DNA of 64,000 nucleotides from an uncultured Methanosarcinaceae archaeon (GTDB taxonomy: Archaea; Halobacteriota; Methanosarcinia; Methanosarcinales; Methanosarcinaceae). The stretch lies in NCBI GenBank assembly GCA_963721455.1, contig CAVRJG010000044.1, forward strand, positions 32,001-96,000, in the 5' to 3' direction. Positions 50,844 to 62,243 of this stretch are shown piece after piece; within the stretch, counting starts at the first letter, position 1; each line of letters opens with the position of its first letter. Position numbers and translations under genes: made by a program. Under the pieces are notes generated by a model. That model did no database searches. It was not told the origin of the DNA and saw nothing but the letters and a program-made list of their open reading frames with translations.

Positions 50844-51222
50844 TATTCGGGTTGTACTATTTTAGTATTTGGATTGTATATTTGTATATATATGCATTTT
50901 TCCACAGCTTTATGCCTTATTTTAAGCCCATGTCCGTAACATTTAATTACTAGCATTTCTCTCTATGATAAACCCAAGGCTTGATGACATTTATAAATTC
51001 GCACTTTCGGGCTTCAAGGAATATTAGATATTCCGTTAAGTATCTTTGAGAATTATCGATTTAACGTTATCGAACCAGGAAATACCTGTTTGTTAAAACA
51101 CTGCCGAGGAGAAAGAAAATCCGCGGCAATCGGCAGTGGCCAGCAATAAGCAAATATTTCACGTGAATATTGTAAGTAATAAATTACTAATAAATTCAGA
51201 GAAAATTAAGATTAAAATATAA

Positions 51223-51408
<186 letters not shown>

Positions 51409-51491
51409 TTTTAAGGGCTTTTTCATTTAACTTTTTTGGATATTATTTTTTAAGTACAATGGAATCTTACTTAGCTGGCTTTTTAGTCTGT

Positions 51492-51668
51492 TTAATGTGG
51501 ATACTTGAGGGCGAGCACAATGGTCCCTAGAAGGTTTACTGTAAGAGTTCCTGCAGGGATATTCTTAACTTTCGGGACCCGGCTTGAAACCATATATGGG
51601 AGAGATGCCCCTATGAAACCGTCTGCGCCTATAAAAAAGAGTGTGCCCAGGCTCGAAACATGGAACAT
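51492..51668 (-). pseudogene. crcB: Truncated crcB/fluc fluoride channel, copy 2
   Basis: [14 protein letters not shown]...[11 protein letters not shown], then a premature end. Confidence 0.75.
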
Positions 51669-51671
51669 TTT

Positions 51672-52050
51672 TTACCCCTCTATTCTTGAAAGGGCTTTTA
51701 TAACACCTCTGCCCATGAACACACCAGTCAGGGTAAGAAAAAGATTGGCGCTGATGTTTCCCAGGGCAGGAAAAAATGGCATCGTGAGAGACTGGACTGC
51801 AAACGTCGAAAACGTTGTGAATGCTCCATAAATCCGGTTCCGAAAGAATCTTCCCCTTAGGGCCTATAAACCCTATATGCTCCGCGTCGTACATTACCAG
51901 GCCGAGCATAAAACTCCCAAGCACATTTACAGAAAGGGTACCAAGCTGTACTTCCGTAAGCTCACAGAGTAAAAACCGGCAGATGACCCCTAAAAACCCG
52001 CCGGCTCCTATGAGAGAGATCTTATCCAGGTCTCTATCCGTGGAAGGCAT
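51672..52050 (-). pseudogene. crcB: Frameshifted crcB/fluc fluoride channel, copy 1
   Basis: GAGGFLGVICRF...GTLSVNVLGSF; the TTFSTF motif lies in a shifted frame. Confidence 0.8.
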
Positions 52051-52252
52051 AATTTTTCACTTTTAAAATCATTTAAAAATTTAGATTTCAGCTCTGAAGA
52101 TTTTAGCTCTGGTTTTTTCCGCTTCATTAGTACTTGGAGTATAAAATTTGATTCATTACCCGTCTTGAAAGAAGTAAGATAAAATTACCGCAACTCTTTT
52201 CCATTAAATAATAAGATTAAAAGAAGAGGCATATTGAGAGAACACAGGATTG

Positions 52253-53446
52253 TCATTCGATTAAGAAGACGTCCACTTCCTCTCCTTCTTCATAGCCTTC
52301 AACATTTTCAGGTACAAGCACAAACCCATCAGCCTTTGCAACTGAACTCAGGACACCAGCTCCGGCACCAGCCAGAGGACGCACCCTATCCCCTTCAAAA
52401 ACAACCCGGACAAAATTAACATATCCTATTTTTGAACTGATTTTTGCAGCCAGGCGCCTTTTAAGGATGAGTTCAGGAATTTTTGGGATTGATGCCAGTT
52501 TCCGGATTCCTGGGCGAACAAAGAAATAAAGGGCAACGAGTCCTGCAACAGGATAACCGGGAAGGCAAACCACAGGGACATTATTTATAACGCCAAGGGC
52601 TGCAGGCTTTCCAGGGCTGGCTCCAATGCCGTGTACAAGCAGCTCTCCGAGGGATGCCACAACCTGAGGAGCATGATCTCTCTTCCCTACCGAGGTTCCG
52701 CCTGAAAGAAGGATCATATCGGCGTCCAGATTTGTTTCTACTGCTTTTTTTATACTATCCGGATGGTCAGGCACTATCCCGATGCATCGAGGAATCCCGC
52801 CCCATTTATCCACATAAAGGGCAGCCATCAGCCCATTAGTCTCAAGCACCATGCCCGGGGGCGGGACGTCTCCACCCTTCTCACGGCTTACAAGTTCATC
52901 CCCAGTGGGAATGACCGCAATGACAGGTTTTTGAAAAACCGTCACCCTGTCAAAGCCAAGGGATACAAGCACGGCTGCATCACACGGGCGAAGAAGGTGC
53001 CCTTCTTCAAAAACCCGGTCTCCTTTTTTCATGTCCTCTCCGACCTGCCCCACATTCCGGTTCGGGTAGACCTGGGCTCTGACTTCAACCATATTCCCTG
53101 CTGTAGCCGTATCCTCGACCATCACGACTGCATCGGCTCCAGTCGGCACTGCGGCCCCTGTATGGACCCAGATAGAGCTTCCTTCCTCCACCCGGTCAGA
53201 AAGCTGCAACAGAACAGGATTTGCAGGAGAAGCTCCGAGAGTATCCGAAGCCCTTACAGCGTACCCGTCCATGGCAGCACGCCGGTAATGAGGCACATTT
53301 CTTCCGGAAATTACAGCTTCTGCCAGCACCCGGCCTGTGCAGGCCTCGAGTGGAATTTCTTCGGTTTTCCTGAGATGAGGAATATTCTCAAGGAAAAGCC
53401 TCAAAGCTTTATCAACCGACGTTCGCTCTTTGAATATCCTGCCCAC
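52253..53446 (-). CDS. moeA: Molybdopterin molybdotransferase
   Basis: AAMDGYAV, TGDEL, SGGTSVG, PGKP, LPGYP. Confidence 0.95.
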   Translation of the reverse strand: MGRIFKERTSVDKALRLFLENIPHLRKTEEIPLEACTGRVLAEAVISGRNVPHYRRAAMDGYAVRASDTLGASPANPVLLQLSDRVEEGSSIWVHTGAAVPTGADAVVMVEDTATAGNMVEVRAQVYPNRNVGQVGEDMKKGDRVFEEGHLLRPCDAAVLVSLGFDRVTVFQKPVIAVIPTGDELVSREKGGDVPPPGMVLETNGLMAALYVDKWGGIPRCIGIVPDHPDSIKKAVETNLDADMILLSGGTSVGKRDHAPQVVASLGELLVHGIGASPGKPAALGVINNVPVVCLPGYPVAGLVALYFFVRPGIRKLASIPKIPELILKRRLAAKISSKIGYVNFVRVVFEGDRVRPLAGAGAGVLSSVAKADGFVLVPENVEGYEEGEEVDVFLIE

Positions 53447-53472
53447 GATCTTCCCGCCCTGAAGAAAAAAAA

Positions 53473-53766
53473 TCAGCCCCCGGAAACAGGAGGCAGGACT
53501 GCAATTTCATCGGCATCCGAAAGGAGAGTGTCAAGCCCATCCAGGTGCCTGACGTTGTTTCCGTTTATAAGGATATTAATTGAGCCGCATATAACAGGAG
53601 TCTCACCTTCTCCTTCGGGTTTCTCAAAAATAAGGCTCTTTAACCCGGGATGTTTTTCGGTGAGGGATGAAAGGGCATCAATAACCTTTTCTCCAGAAAG
53701 CTGCAGTTCTGATGTGCCTGCGGCTTCGCGCAAATTTGCAAATAATTTGATTTTTACCTCAGCCAT
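53473..53766 (-). CDS. Ubiquitin-like SAMP / MoaD sulfur carrier
   Basis: LFANLRE...PPVSGG C-terminus. Confidence 0.92.
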   Translation of the reverse strand: MAEVKIKLFANLREAAGTSELQLSGEKVIDALSSLTEKHPGLKSLIFEKPEGEGETPVICGSINILINGNNVRHLDGLDTLLSDADEIAVLPPVSGG

Positions 53767-53845
53767 GAGAGAGACTATTTAATCCTATCCCTTAAATATA
53801 CTATGCCTATAAAGAAACAGCTACGTTGAAAGGTTTTAGGGAACA

Positions 53846-55465
53846 ATGCAGCAAAGTCCGGACAACAATATTGGAAACCCACCAGTGCTTTCTGAGAGAA
53901 AATATAAGATCATTGGGCTTTTAATCATCCTTTTTGCCCTATTAATCAGACTACTTGACCTTGGGGAACGAGTTTTCCATCATGACGAAAGCATACATGC
54001 CAGTTTTACCCTCAGACTTCTCGAAACGGGACAATATAGCTATGATCCAGCTTATCACGGCCCCTTTCTTTTCCATTCTACCGCCGTTATCTTTCATTTC
54101 CTGGGAATAAACGATACTACAGCACGCCTGATTCCTTTCTTTTTCGGGGTAGCTGCAATCCCTCTACTTTTTTTGTTAAAAAGAGAACTTGGAAAAAGAG
54201 GCGTACTGTGGTCAGCTTTCCTGCTTTCTTTTTCTCCGAGCATGATTTATTTCTCAAGGTTCTTTAGAAATGACATGGTCATTGTTTTCTGCACCCTGGC
54301 TACGGTTGTAGGGGGAATTCGCTATCGTGAGAACCTTCACAGTTCAAAGAGATACCCTTATTTGATCCTTGCCGCGTCTTCCCTTGCCATTGCCGTATCC
54401 TCAAAGGAAAACGCCTATCTGGTCATTCTGATGTTCGGAGCCTATGCGGGGATCTGCTTTTTGTACAGGTTTTATTCAGACTGGAAAAAAGAAAAACTGA
54501 GCCTGAAGAAGGCTCTCCGTCTCAAAAGTTCAGCTATTTCCCCCTTCCTTCCTGAAATACTTCTTTCAGGGGTTCTCTTCATTTTCATTGTAATGCTATT
54601 TTACACAAGCCTTTTCAGATACCAGGAATCCCTTTTCTCGATTGTGGAAAAGGCTTTTTCCCACTGGATGGAAATGCACAAAATTCAACGCATTGGAGGC
54701 CCCTTTTATTATTATATTCCCATTCTTCTTGTATATGAAAGCCCGATCATCCTCTTTGGGACTTTGGGCCTCATCCGTTTTCTGAAAAGGAAAAATGAAA
54801 ATGCTCCCTTTTTCCTGTTCCTCTCTTACTGGGCAATTGCAAGTCTGATGCTTTATTCTTATCTCCAGGAAAAAGTCCCCTGGCTTGTAGTGCACATTGT
54901 TCTGCCCTTCGGGATTTTGGCAGGGGCTTACCTGGGAGAATTTTTTCCCCGAGCGCCTGAAAACAGTCAACATGAGAGTTTGCTCAGGGCAGAAGACATG
55001 AGTTCCGAAACAGACAAAAAACCCACTTTAGAAATAAAACGTTCCAGAACCTATACCCTGCTTACAGGTATTCTGGCACTTACACTGATAATATCCCTGG
55101 TTCAGTGCATCTCCGTAAACTTTTACAGGAGTATGGAACCTGATGAATTGATGACATACGCACAGGCATCTCCGGATACCAGGGAACTTATGGAGAAAAT
55201 CGGAGGATTCGACCATGGACCTGAAACTCTGAGGATATACGTTGTAGACGCCGATAATCTTTACTGGCCCCTGCCGTGGTACCTGAGGGACTACGAAAAA
55301 GCAGCGTATTATACAGAACCTCCGGTGAACGAAGAGTACGATGCAATAATTGTGCCTGCAAAGTATCGGATGTACAGGGAAATCCCTAAAGAAGAGTACG
55401 CTTCCTATAATTTCACGCTGCGCCCTGGAAGAGAATTTACCCTCTATTACAATAAAAAAACTTGA
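53846..55465 (+). CDS. GT-C-type membrane protein (Agl23/TIGR03663-like)
   Basis: FHHDESIHA, YDPAYHGP, SRFFRND, KENAY, EKVPWL. Confidence 0.82.
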   Translation: MQQSPDNNIGNPPVLSERKYKIIGLLIILFALLIRLLDLGERVFHHDESIHASFTLRLLETGQYSYDPAYHGPFLFHSTAVIFHFLGINDTTARLIPFFFGVAAIPLLFLLKRELGKRGVLWSAFLLSFSPSMIYFSRFFRNDMVIVFCTLATVVGGIRYRENLHSSKRYPYLILAASSLAIAVSSKENAYLVILMFGAYAGICFLYRFYSDWKKEKLSLKKALRLKSSAISPFLPEILLSGVLFIFIVMLFYTSLFRYQESLFSIVEKAFSHWMEMHKIQRIGGPFYYYIPILLVYESPIILFGTLGLIRFLKRKNENAPFFLFLSYWAIASLMLYSYLQEKVPWLVVHIVLPFGILAGAYLGEFFPRAPENSQHESLLRAEDMSSETDKKPTLEIKRSRTYTLLTGILALTLIISLVQCISVNFYRSMEPDELMTYAQASPDTRELMEKIGGFDHGPETLRIYVVDADNLYWPLPWYLRDYEKAAYYTEPPVNEEYDAIIVPAKYRMYREIPKEEYASYNFTLRPGREFTLYYNKKT

Positions 55466-55559
55466 AAAAGAATCACTGTTGTCAGGACTGCGTAAACCAG
55501 AGGCCTGTTTGTAAAAAGCCCCGGAGAAAAGACCGAATATCGGTCAGAACGCCAGTTGA

Positions 55560-55835
55560 AGGCGTTGAACATCTCTGAACAGTAAAAATAATTACTACCG
55601 CATCAATTAGTCCCCCGGTAGAGCCGAAGTAATAGAGGCAATTATCAAAATAACAATCAATATACTTTTAAACTTTGGAAGAAAGAGCCCCGGGACAGAG
55701 GCTTCTTCCTTTTCTTTGAGTGCATTTTCCCCATATTCTTAAGTCTCTTTTCTGCCTCCCCGGAACTCAAACCTGCCTCTGATACCCCAAGCTTCTCAAA
55801 AACGGAGTTGACGTCCTGGTCGTAATACACCCATT
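55560..55835 (-). pseudogene. N-terminal remnant of a P-type cation ATPase
   Basis: YYDQDVNSVFEKLGVSEAGLSSGEAEKRL, followed by frameshifted first-TM sequence. Confidence 0.65.
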
Positions 55836-56090
55836 TACCTCTCAAGCCCCCGGATGATCCGGAGATATCCCGCAACTAATATATCCGCTTCTCTGATATA
55901 AATGAGTTTAAAGCATATATAGCGGCCAGGCATATCGATATGAAAAGGGGTTTTTAAAGAAATACAGGTTATACGAACCTTTGTGGAAAAAGAGATATAA
56001 AACTTTAGCTTTTTTTATATCAAGATATGGGTTTGTAAATCTTAAGGGGCATAGAATACTGATTAAAAGTTATAACAAATAAAGGGAAAA

Positions 56091-57431
56091 TTGGATATGA
56101 AAATCATAATAATAGGAAGTGGGCTTGCAGGACTATCAGCCGGGTATAAGCTCTGTAAATCGAATGAGATCGTTATTTTTGAAAAAGATGCGGAAATCGG
56201 GGGGATGGCCGCAAGTTATTGCCAGGATTATACCGGAAAAAAGTATTTTATCGAAAAATATTACCACCATGTATTCAGGAGCGATTCGGAACTTCTTGCC
56301 CTGATAAGGGAACTGGGGCTTGAAAGGCAGATGCTGTGGCTTAAAGGGAAAAATGCCTATTTTGTGGACGGTAAAAACTATCCTATGAATACTCCTGCTG
56401 AAATTTTAAGGTTTAGCCCTCTTTCTTTTATTGATCTGGTGAAACTTGGCCTGCTCGTTTTTAGAATTAAGATAATAAATGATACAACTTCCTATGACAG
56501 AATAAAGGCGAAAGACTGGATTATTGATAATGCAGGAAAATCAGTATATGAAAACTTTTTTGCCCCTCTCATGAAAAGCAAATTCGGTGAAAATGCTGAA
56601 AATGTCTCTGCGGCCTGGCTTATAGGGCGCGTGAAAATAAGGTCAGATAGGGGAAAAGAAGGAGAGAAATTAGGATACTTGAGAGGAGGTTTCAACTCCC
56701 TGATAAAATCTCTGGAAAGAGAAATAACTGCACAGGGAGGCAAGATCTTGAAAAATAAAGAGATAACGGAAATCGTTATCAAGGACAATATAGTGCAGGG
56801 AGTGATTGCTGACGGAACCTTTATTGCCTGTGATGCAGTGATTTCAACTGTTGAGCCCGGGGTACTCGACACGCTCACGAAAGGCAAGCTTGGGGATCTC
56901 CACGAAACCCTGCAAAGTATCCGTTATCAGGGAACTGCATGCGCCCTGATAGGGCTTGACAAAAGGCTTATGGGAGACGGGAATTACTGGTTGAACATAA
57001 AAGCTGATGTGCCTTTTGGAGCTGTAATTGAGCACACTAATTTTATGCCCTATGAGGACTACGGAGAGCATCTTGTCTATGTAACTTCCTATTTCCAGGA
57101 TGAAAAGGATGTTCTCTGGATGCAGCAGGAAGAAGAAGTTCTGGATTCTTACCTGAAGGGATTGGAAAAGATGTTCCCGGATTTTTCAAGGAAAGATATT
57201 CACTGGGCAAAACTCTTCCGCAGAATGGACACTGCGCCTGTGTATGAACAGGGGTATCTCGAAAAAGTCCTGCCATTTGCTGCTGGCCCGTCCGGACTTT
57301 ACCTTTCAGGAATGTTCTCATCAACCAACTACCCGGAAAGAAGCATGAACGGCTCTATAAAAGCCGGGTTCGAATCTGCAAACTTCTTCATAAAAAAAGA
57401 TGAGAATTGTGATGTTTGTTGGCTCGACTGA
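56091..57431 (+). CDS. FAD-dependent oxidoreductase (amine oxidase / PPO-like)
   Basis: IIGSGLAGL, IGGMAAS, EKYYHH, YPERSMNGS. Confidence 0.87.
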   Translation: MDMKIIIIGSGLAGLSAGYKLCKSNEIVIFEKDAEIGGMAASYCQDYTGKKYFIEKYYHHVFRSDSELLALIRELGLERQMLWLKGKNAYFVDGKNYPMNTPAEILRFSPLSFIDLVKLGLLVFRIKIINDTTSYDRIKAKDWIIDNAGKSVYENFFAPLMKSKFGENAENVSAAWLIGRVKIRSDRGKEGEKLGYLRGGFNSLIKSLEREITAQGGKILKNKEITEIVIKDNIVQGVIADGTFIACDAVISTVEPGVLDTLTKGKLGDLHETLQSIRYQGTACALIGLDKRLMGDGNYWLNIKADVPFGAVIEHTNFMPYEDYGEHLVYVTSYFQDEKDVLWMQQEEEVLDSYLKGLEKMFPDFSRKDIHWAKLFRRMDTAPVYEQGYLEKVLPFAAGPSGLYLSGMFSSTNYPERSMNGSIKAGFESANFFIKKDENCDVCWLD

Positions 57432-57853
57432 GAAAACTGCTTCTAAGATTTCCATCAAAAATTTCGTATGCAGAGAACAGATACCTGACTTAATATAGTC
57501 TCTCGGGACGAACTATTATATAGTCTAAGGGATGATAATATACTGTCTGTACCTGCATGCAGAAAGAAGTTCTGCATGATTACCTGTCCTTTCGGATTTG
57601 TCATTCATGGGGATTTTGGCAATGATGAATAAGGAAAAGACAGTGAAAACCTAAAAAAATCTGGACTTCGGCCGTTAATCGGCATTTTGGGGGCGTGCTG
57701 TCAAAACCGCGTTTGCGGGGATGGCATAGGGAATAGATATGTTTTCTATTGAAGCTTAGCTCTCAAAAAGAGATCTCGGACGCTGTAAAAAAGCTGCCTG
57801 AGCTTCCGGGAAGGGGTATTGGGCAGCGTACAAAATAAGAGGAGTGGTAAAAG

Positions 57854-58123
57854 ATGTTATTCATGGACGTTAGTACCTGGGACCCTTCGAGCCGCGACAA
57901 GATTCTTGAACATTTTAAGCAACTGGACATTCCAGAAGGAATCGATGTCATTAACCAGTGGATTGACCTTTCCGGAAACCGATATTATATTCTTTACGAA
58001 GCAGAAAGTGCCGAGGCTTATGGAGCTTTCAATCTGCCCTGGTCAGATATCTGCATAATTGACAGTGTGCCTGTTATGGAAGCTTCCGAATTCATGCAGC
58101 TTCTGCCCAAATATAAAAAATAA
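57854..58123 (+). CDS. DUF3303-like small protein
   Basis: LFMDVSTW...QWIDLSGNR...PWSD...PVM; GGAG RBS. Confidence 0.75.
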   Translation: MLFMDVSTWDPSSRDKILEHFKQLDIPEGIDVINQWIDLSGNRYYILYEAESAEAYGAFNLPWSDICIIDSVPVMEASEFMQLLPKYKK

Positions 58124-58256
58124 GCTCCATAGCTTATTGATGCGTTTTACAGAAAAAACATTCCGATGAGCTGTCTATTAACCGGCTCATCGAAAAATTT
58201 TTATTTTATTATTTTCGAACACGAAGCCCTGTCAGGGTCTATTTTTATTCAGTAAG

Positions 58257-59705
58257 TTAGATTTTTAACATTATTGTTTTTAGATCAAGATATTCAGAAA
58301 GGGCATCAGGCCCGTTTTCCCGTCCGATCCCGCTTTCCCGGGTTCCCCCGAAAGGAACTTCAGGGGCTACTTTAAGGTGCTGGTTTATCCATATAATTCC
58401 TGCATTCAATTGTTCACACCCGAGACGGGCTCGATCTAAATTCTTTGTCCAGATAGAGGCCCCAAGCCCATAACAGGTACTGTTCGCTTCTTCAATTGCC
58501 TCATCAAGATTTTTTACTCGGACTACAGGCAGCACCGGGCCGAATACTTCTTCTTTCAAAAGCCTGGATTCCCTGGGGATATCTACAACAAGTGTGGGCT
58601 CAAAGAAATATCCCTTGCTACAGGCACTGCTTTCTGGAACCTTGCCTCCTGTAACTATCCTGCCTTCATCTTTTTCCTCGACTTCGGCTACAAGCCCCTT
58701 TACAAATTCCCATTGCCTGCGGTTATTAAGGGGCCCCATATCGATGTTTTCATGTATTCCGTTTCCAACCCTCAAGTTCCGGATACCTGCTTCAAGCTTT
58801 TTTATGAACTCTTCGGCTATGGATTCGAAAACATATAGCCTCTTGACGGCAGTACAGGTCTGGCCGCAATTGTAAAACCTCCCTTTAAGGGCCCCTGCAA
58901 CTGCATTTTCAAGGTTAGCATCGTCACAGACAAGCATAGGATCACTTCCTCCAAGCTCAAGGGTTACTCTTTTCATCCCGCTGGCTGCAAGCCCAGCTAC
59001 ACGTTTTCCAGTTCTGGCTTCTCCAGTAAAAGATATTTTTTTTACTTTATGGCTCTCAACCAGGGTTTCTCCCACAACCTCACCAGGACCTGTAACTACA
59101 TTCAACACACCTGCTGGAAGCCCTGCTTCGCTCAGGATAGAAGCCAGCGTAAGATTAGTAAGGGGAGTGTTGCTTGCAGGTTTCAGAACAAGCGTATTCC
59201 CAGACATCAGGGCAGGGCCAATCTTCCAGGCCATAATAAGAGCAGGCATATTCCAGGGAATTATGGCTGCACAAACCCCCAGAGGTTTCTTTACGGTAAA
59301 AGCATATCCGTTCTGAGGGACCTGAATGAAATCTCCCCGAAGACTGCCTGCAAGCCCGCAATAGTACTCAAGGACGTTTGAAAAACCTTCTATTTCGTTT
59401 TTAGCTTCGGCAAGAGGTTTTCCCTGCTCCTTAGTAAGCAGAACAGCAAGCTCATCCTTCCTCTGTCTTGTAATCTCCGCAGCCCTGTAAAGAATCCCTG
59501 CTCTTTGCTGCGGAGCTGTAGAAGCCCAGCCACCGAAAGCTGACGATGCAGCTTCAACAGCTACTGCCGCATCCTCGCCTGTACCTCTGGGAACCCGGTC
59601 GATAAGCTCACCTGTTGCCGGGTTTGTAATATCGAAAAACTCGCCACCACATGCTTCCAGAACTTTTCCGTTAATCTGCATTTTCATATTTATCATTATT
59701 TGCAA
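58257..59705 (-). CDS. NAD(P)-dependent aldehyde dehydrogenase
   Basis: IPWNMP, LELGG, GQTC, EEVFGP, PFGG. Confidence 0.95.
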   Translation of the reverse strand: MQIMINMKMQINGKVLEACGGEFFDITNPATGELIDRVPRGTGEDAAVAVEAASSAFGGWASTAPQQRAGILYRAAEITRQRKDELAVLLTKEQGKPLAEAKNEIEGFSNVLEYYCGLAGSLRGDFIQVPQNGYAFTVKKPLGVCAAIIPWNMPALIMAWKIGPALMSGNTLVLKPASNTPLTNLTLASILSEAGLPAGVLNVVTGPGEVVGETLVESHKVKKISFTGEARTGKRVAGLAASGMKRVTLELGGSDPMLVCDDANLENAVAGALKGRFYNCGQTCTAVKRLYVFESIAEEFIKKLEAGIRNLRVGNGIHENIDMGPLNNRRQWEFVKGLVAEVEEKDEGRIVTGGKVPESSACSKGYFFEPTLVVDIPRESRLLKEEVFGPVLPVVRVKNLDEAIEEANSTCYGLGASIWTKNLDRARLGCEQLNAGIIWINQHLKVAPEVPFGGTRESGIGRENGPDALSEYLDLKTIMLKI

Positions 59706-60043
59706 AGACCTATTTTAAGATAACAAAAGATAACAGCTTAGAAATAATAGTTTGAGAGTCAGTGAAAGAAATAAAAAATGGAAGGAGAGCAGTGTTATCG
59801 TGCGATAGAAATATAAACCTATTTACAAAATACATATTAGCGGCACTTCTCTTAGGGAATAAGAATGAGGAAATGGGGTAACGGGAATGCCGATTATTAA
59901 AAGTCTTCCAGAGGTTTCAATGACTTTTTGGGGTCAATAAAAAGGTCAGGACTCCGAATACAGGTATGCATAGAGAGTGCACTTTAAGAGAGTGGGCTTT
60001 AGAGATTGCACGTTAAACAATCGCTTTTACAGGGAAGAGAGCA

Positions 60044-62203
60044 GTGCTAGAATACCTTCACGTAATTTTCTGGTTTATTTTCATCGAGATCCTGGGCTTG
60101 ATTTCCATACCTCTTGCCGGGGCAGTTGGAAACAGGCTTGCTGATGGAGGATATTCTGCAGCCCGGACCCTGGGAATAGTGCTTGTTGCATATATGTCCT
60201 GGATTTTTTCGTACGTGTGGGGCTTCAACGGAAGCACGGTCCTGATTTCAGTACTCTTACTTTGCCTCATATCGATGAGCGTCTATCGGAAACAAAGGGT
60301 TTTACCAGAAAAGAAGATATTGCTCTCAAATGAGCTCGTATTCGCTGCAGGGTTCTTTTTTTTCCTGCTTGTACGCATTTACCTCCCTGAGATTTACAGG
60401 CATGAAAAGTTTATGGATTTTGCCTTTTTGAATGCAGTGATAAGAACTTCTTCTTTTCCCCCGGCAGACCCCTGGTTTGCAGGCGGATCCCTCGATTTTT
60501 ATTATTATTTCGGATATCTTTCAGTGGGAGTTCCGGGAAAACTCTGTTCTGTCGAACCGTCCATGCTTTTTAATCTGGCAATCGCACTTACTTTCGCCCT
60601 TTCCTTTAATCTCCTTTTCGGGTTCGGGTACAATCTTACTCATGGAAAAATCAAGTACGGAATCCTTACTGCAGGATCCGGGATTCTGCTCGGAAACTTG
60701 CAGGGGCTTATAGAATTCGTATCCGTATATCTCATCAAAGAGCCGGTTTCAAGGGGATACTACTGGAGCAGTTCGAGAGTCATACCCTATACAATAAATG
60801 AATTCCCTTATTTCAGTTTCATACACGGAGACCTGCATTCCCATATGCTTGCAATCCCTTTCCAGCTGCTGGCACTTGCTTCCCTTCTGAACATATATCT
60901 CAGGAAAGACTGTAACCGGGTATTTGAAAGTATTCTGGCATTTCTTATTTTTTCAGTGTCTTTCGGCTTTTTATTCCCTTCCAATTCCTGGGATTTCCCG
61001 ATATATTTCGGCCTGGCATTTTCGGTTATTCTTGCCTTTTATTACGGGCATTATACCCATAACAAGAATTTATCAGGTTCCACGGCCGGATTTTTCGGAA
61101 CAGTTACTCTAGTTTCCGTTTTCAGCTTTCTTCCATATCTGCCCTTTTACCTATCCTTTAAACCTCAGGCAGCAGGAGGATTTGACTTCGTTGCACTGGA
61201 ACTCAGGACAACAATTGATAAATTCCTTATTTTGTTCGGCCTTTTCCTTTTTTTGACCTTTTCTTTCCTTATGACCCGCCAGGACTCCGGACGAAAGACC
61301 GGATATTTCATCCTGTGGATCGGAATTTCTGCATTTCTCTCCAGTGCATGGTCTATTTCCCTGCTTGTAATCCTTTTTCCTCTACTTGCCCTTTCTCTCT
61401 TTTCATTCCTGAAAGACCTTCCTGAAAGAAGCCATGCAGGATTTGTATCCCTTCTGATAGCAGCAGCTTCTTTCATTGCCCTTATCTGCGAAATTGTTTA
61501 CCTCGATGACCCCATTTCGGGGAGCTTTGCCCGCATGAACACGGTTTTCAAATTTTACATTCATTTATGGATCTTCCTGGCTATTTCAGCCTCTTATTCA
61601 TACTACGAACTTCGCTTTCTTTACAGGACCGGGAACGGCCTGTCTTCGAACAGAGTTTACGGAAGAAAAGCCTGGGCGTTTTCACTTGTGCTCCTGGTCC
61701 TCTCCTGTAGCGTTTTTCCTGTAGTATCAACCTTTACGAGAATAGAGGATATGAACGCGGAACCTGCTCTTGATGGGATGGAATACATGAAAAGACTGGA
61801 TAAGGGGGATTACGACGCCATAAAATGGATACAGGAAAATATAGAGGGAACTCCGGTAATTCTTGAAGCTTCTGAAGATGATAGCAGTTACAGTTATACA
61901 TCCAGGGTCTCTGCAAACACCGGCCTCCCTACGGTTCTTGGCTGGGCAATGCATGAGCAGTTCTGGGGAAGAGATCGGGACGAAGTCAGGACAAGGATTG
62001 AAGACGTAAATTCCATTTACAGTACTGGCAGTAAAAAAAAAGCTCTTGAGCTTATGGATAAATATAACGTAAGCTATGTTTATATAGGTCAGCTTGAAAG
62101 GCAGATGTATGATGTAAGGACGGATAAGTTCGAGGACGAAGCTTATTTTGAGCTGGTTTACCAGGGCGCAGTCCAGATTTATAAAATAAAAAAAGAATTA
62201 TGA
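60044..62203 (+). CDS. DUF2298 (YYY-motif) membrane protein
   Basis: EKFMDFAF, PPADPWFAG, FYYYFGY, INEFPYFSF, DLHSH. Confidence 0.85.
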   Translation: MLEYLHVIFWFIFIEILGLISIPLAGAVGNRLADGGYSAARTLGIVLVAYMSWIFSYVWGFNGSTVLISVLLLCLISMSVYRKQRVLPEKKILLSNELVFAAGFFFFLLVRIYLPEIYRHEKFMDFAFLNAVIRTSSFPPADPWFAGGSLDFYYYFGYLSVGVPGKLCSVEPSMLFNLAIALTFALSFNLLFGFGYNLTHGKIKYGILTAGSGILLGNLQGLIEFVSVYLIKEPVSRGYYWSSSRVIPYTINEFPYFSFIHGDLHSHMLAIPFQLLALASLLNIYLRKDCNRVFESILAFLIFSVSFGFLFPSNSWDFPIYFGLAFSVILAFYYGHYTHNKNLSGSTAGFFGTVTLVSVFSFLPYLPFYLSFKPQAAGGFDFVALELRTTIDKFLILFGLFLFLTFSFLMTRQDSGRKTGYFILWIGISAFLSSAWSISLLVILFPLLALSLFSFLKDLPERSHAGFVSLLIAAASFIALICEIVYLDDPISGSFARMNTVFKFYIHLWIFLAISASYSYYELRFLYRTGNGLSSNRVYGRKAWAFSLVLLVLSCSVFPVVSTFTRIEDMNAEPALDGMEYMKRLDKGDYDAIKWIQENIEGTPVILEASEDDSSYSYTSRVSANTGLPTVLGWAMHEQFWGRDRDEVRTRIEDVNSIYSTGSKKKALELMDKYNVSYVYIGQLERQMYDVRTDKFEDEAYFELVYQGAVQIYKIKKEL

Positions 62204-62243
62204 GTTTTGGTTTTGGGGGACTTCAAACTCTGATTCGTATAAA

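Noticed and set aside
52051-52250. Fluoride riboswitch upstream of crcB
   Set aside because: I could not find the GGCGATGG..CGCC / GCTGATG consensus elements.
52763-53782. 339-aa plus-strand ORF
   Set aside because: Antisense shadow of moeA and SAMP, with no recognisable domain.
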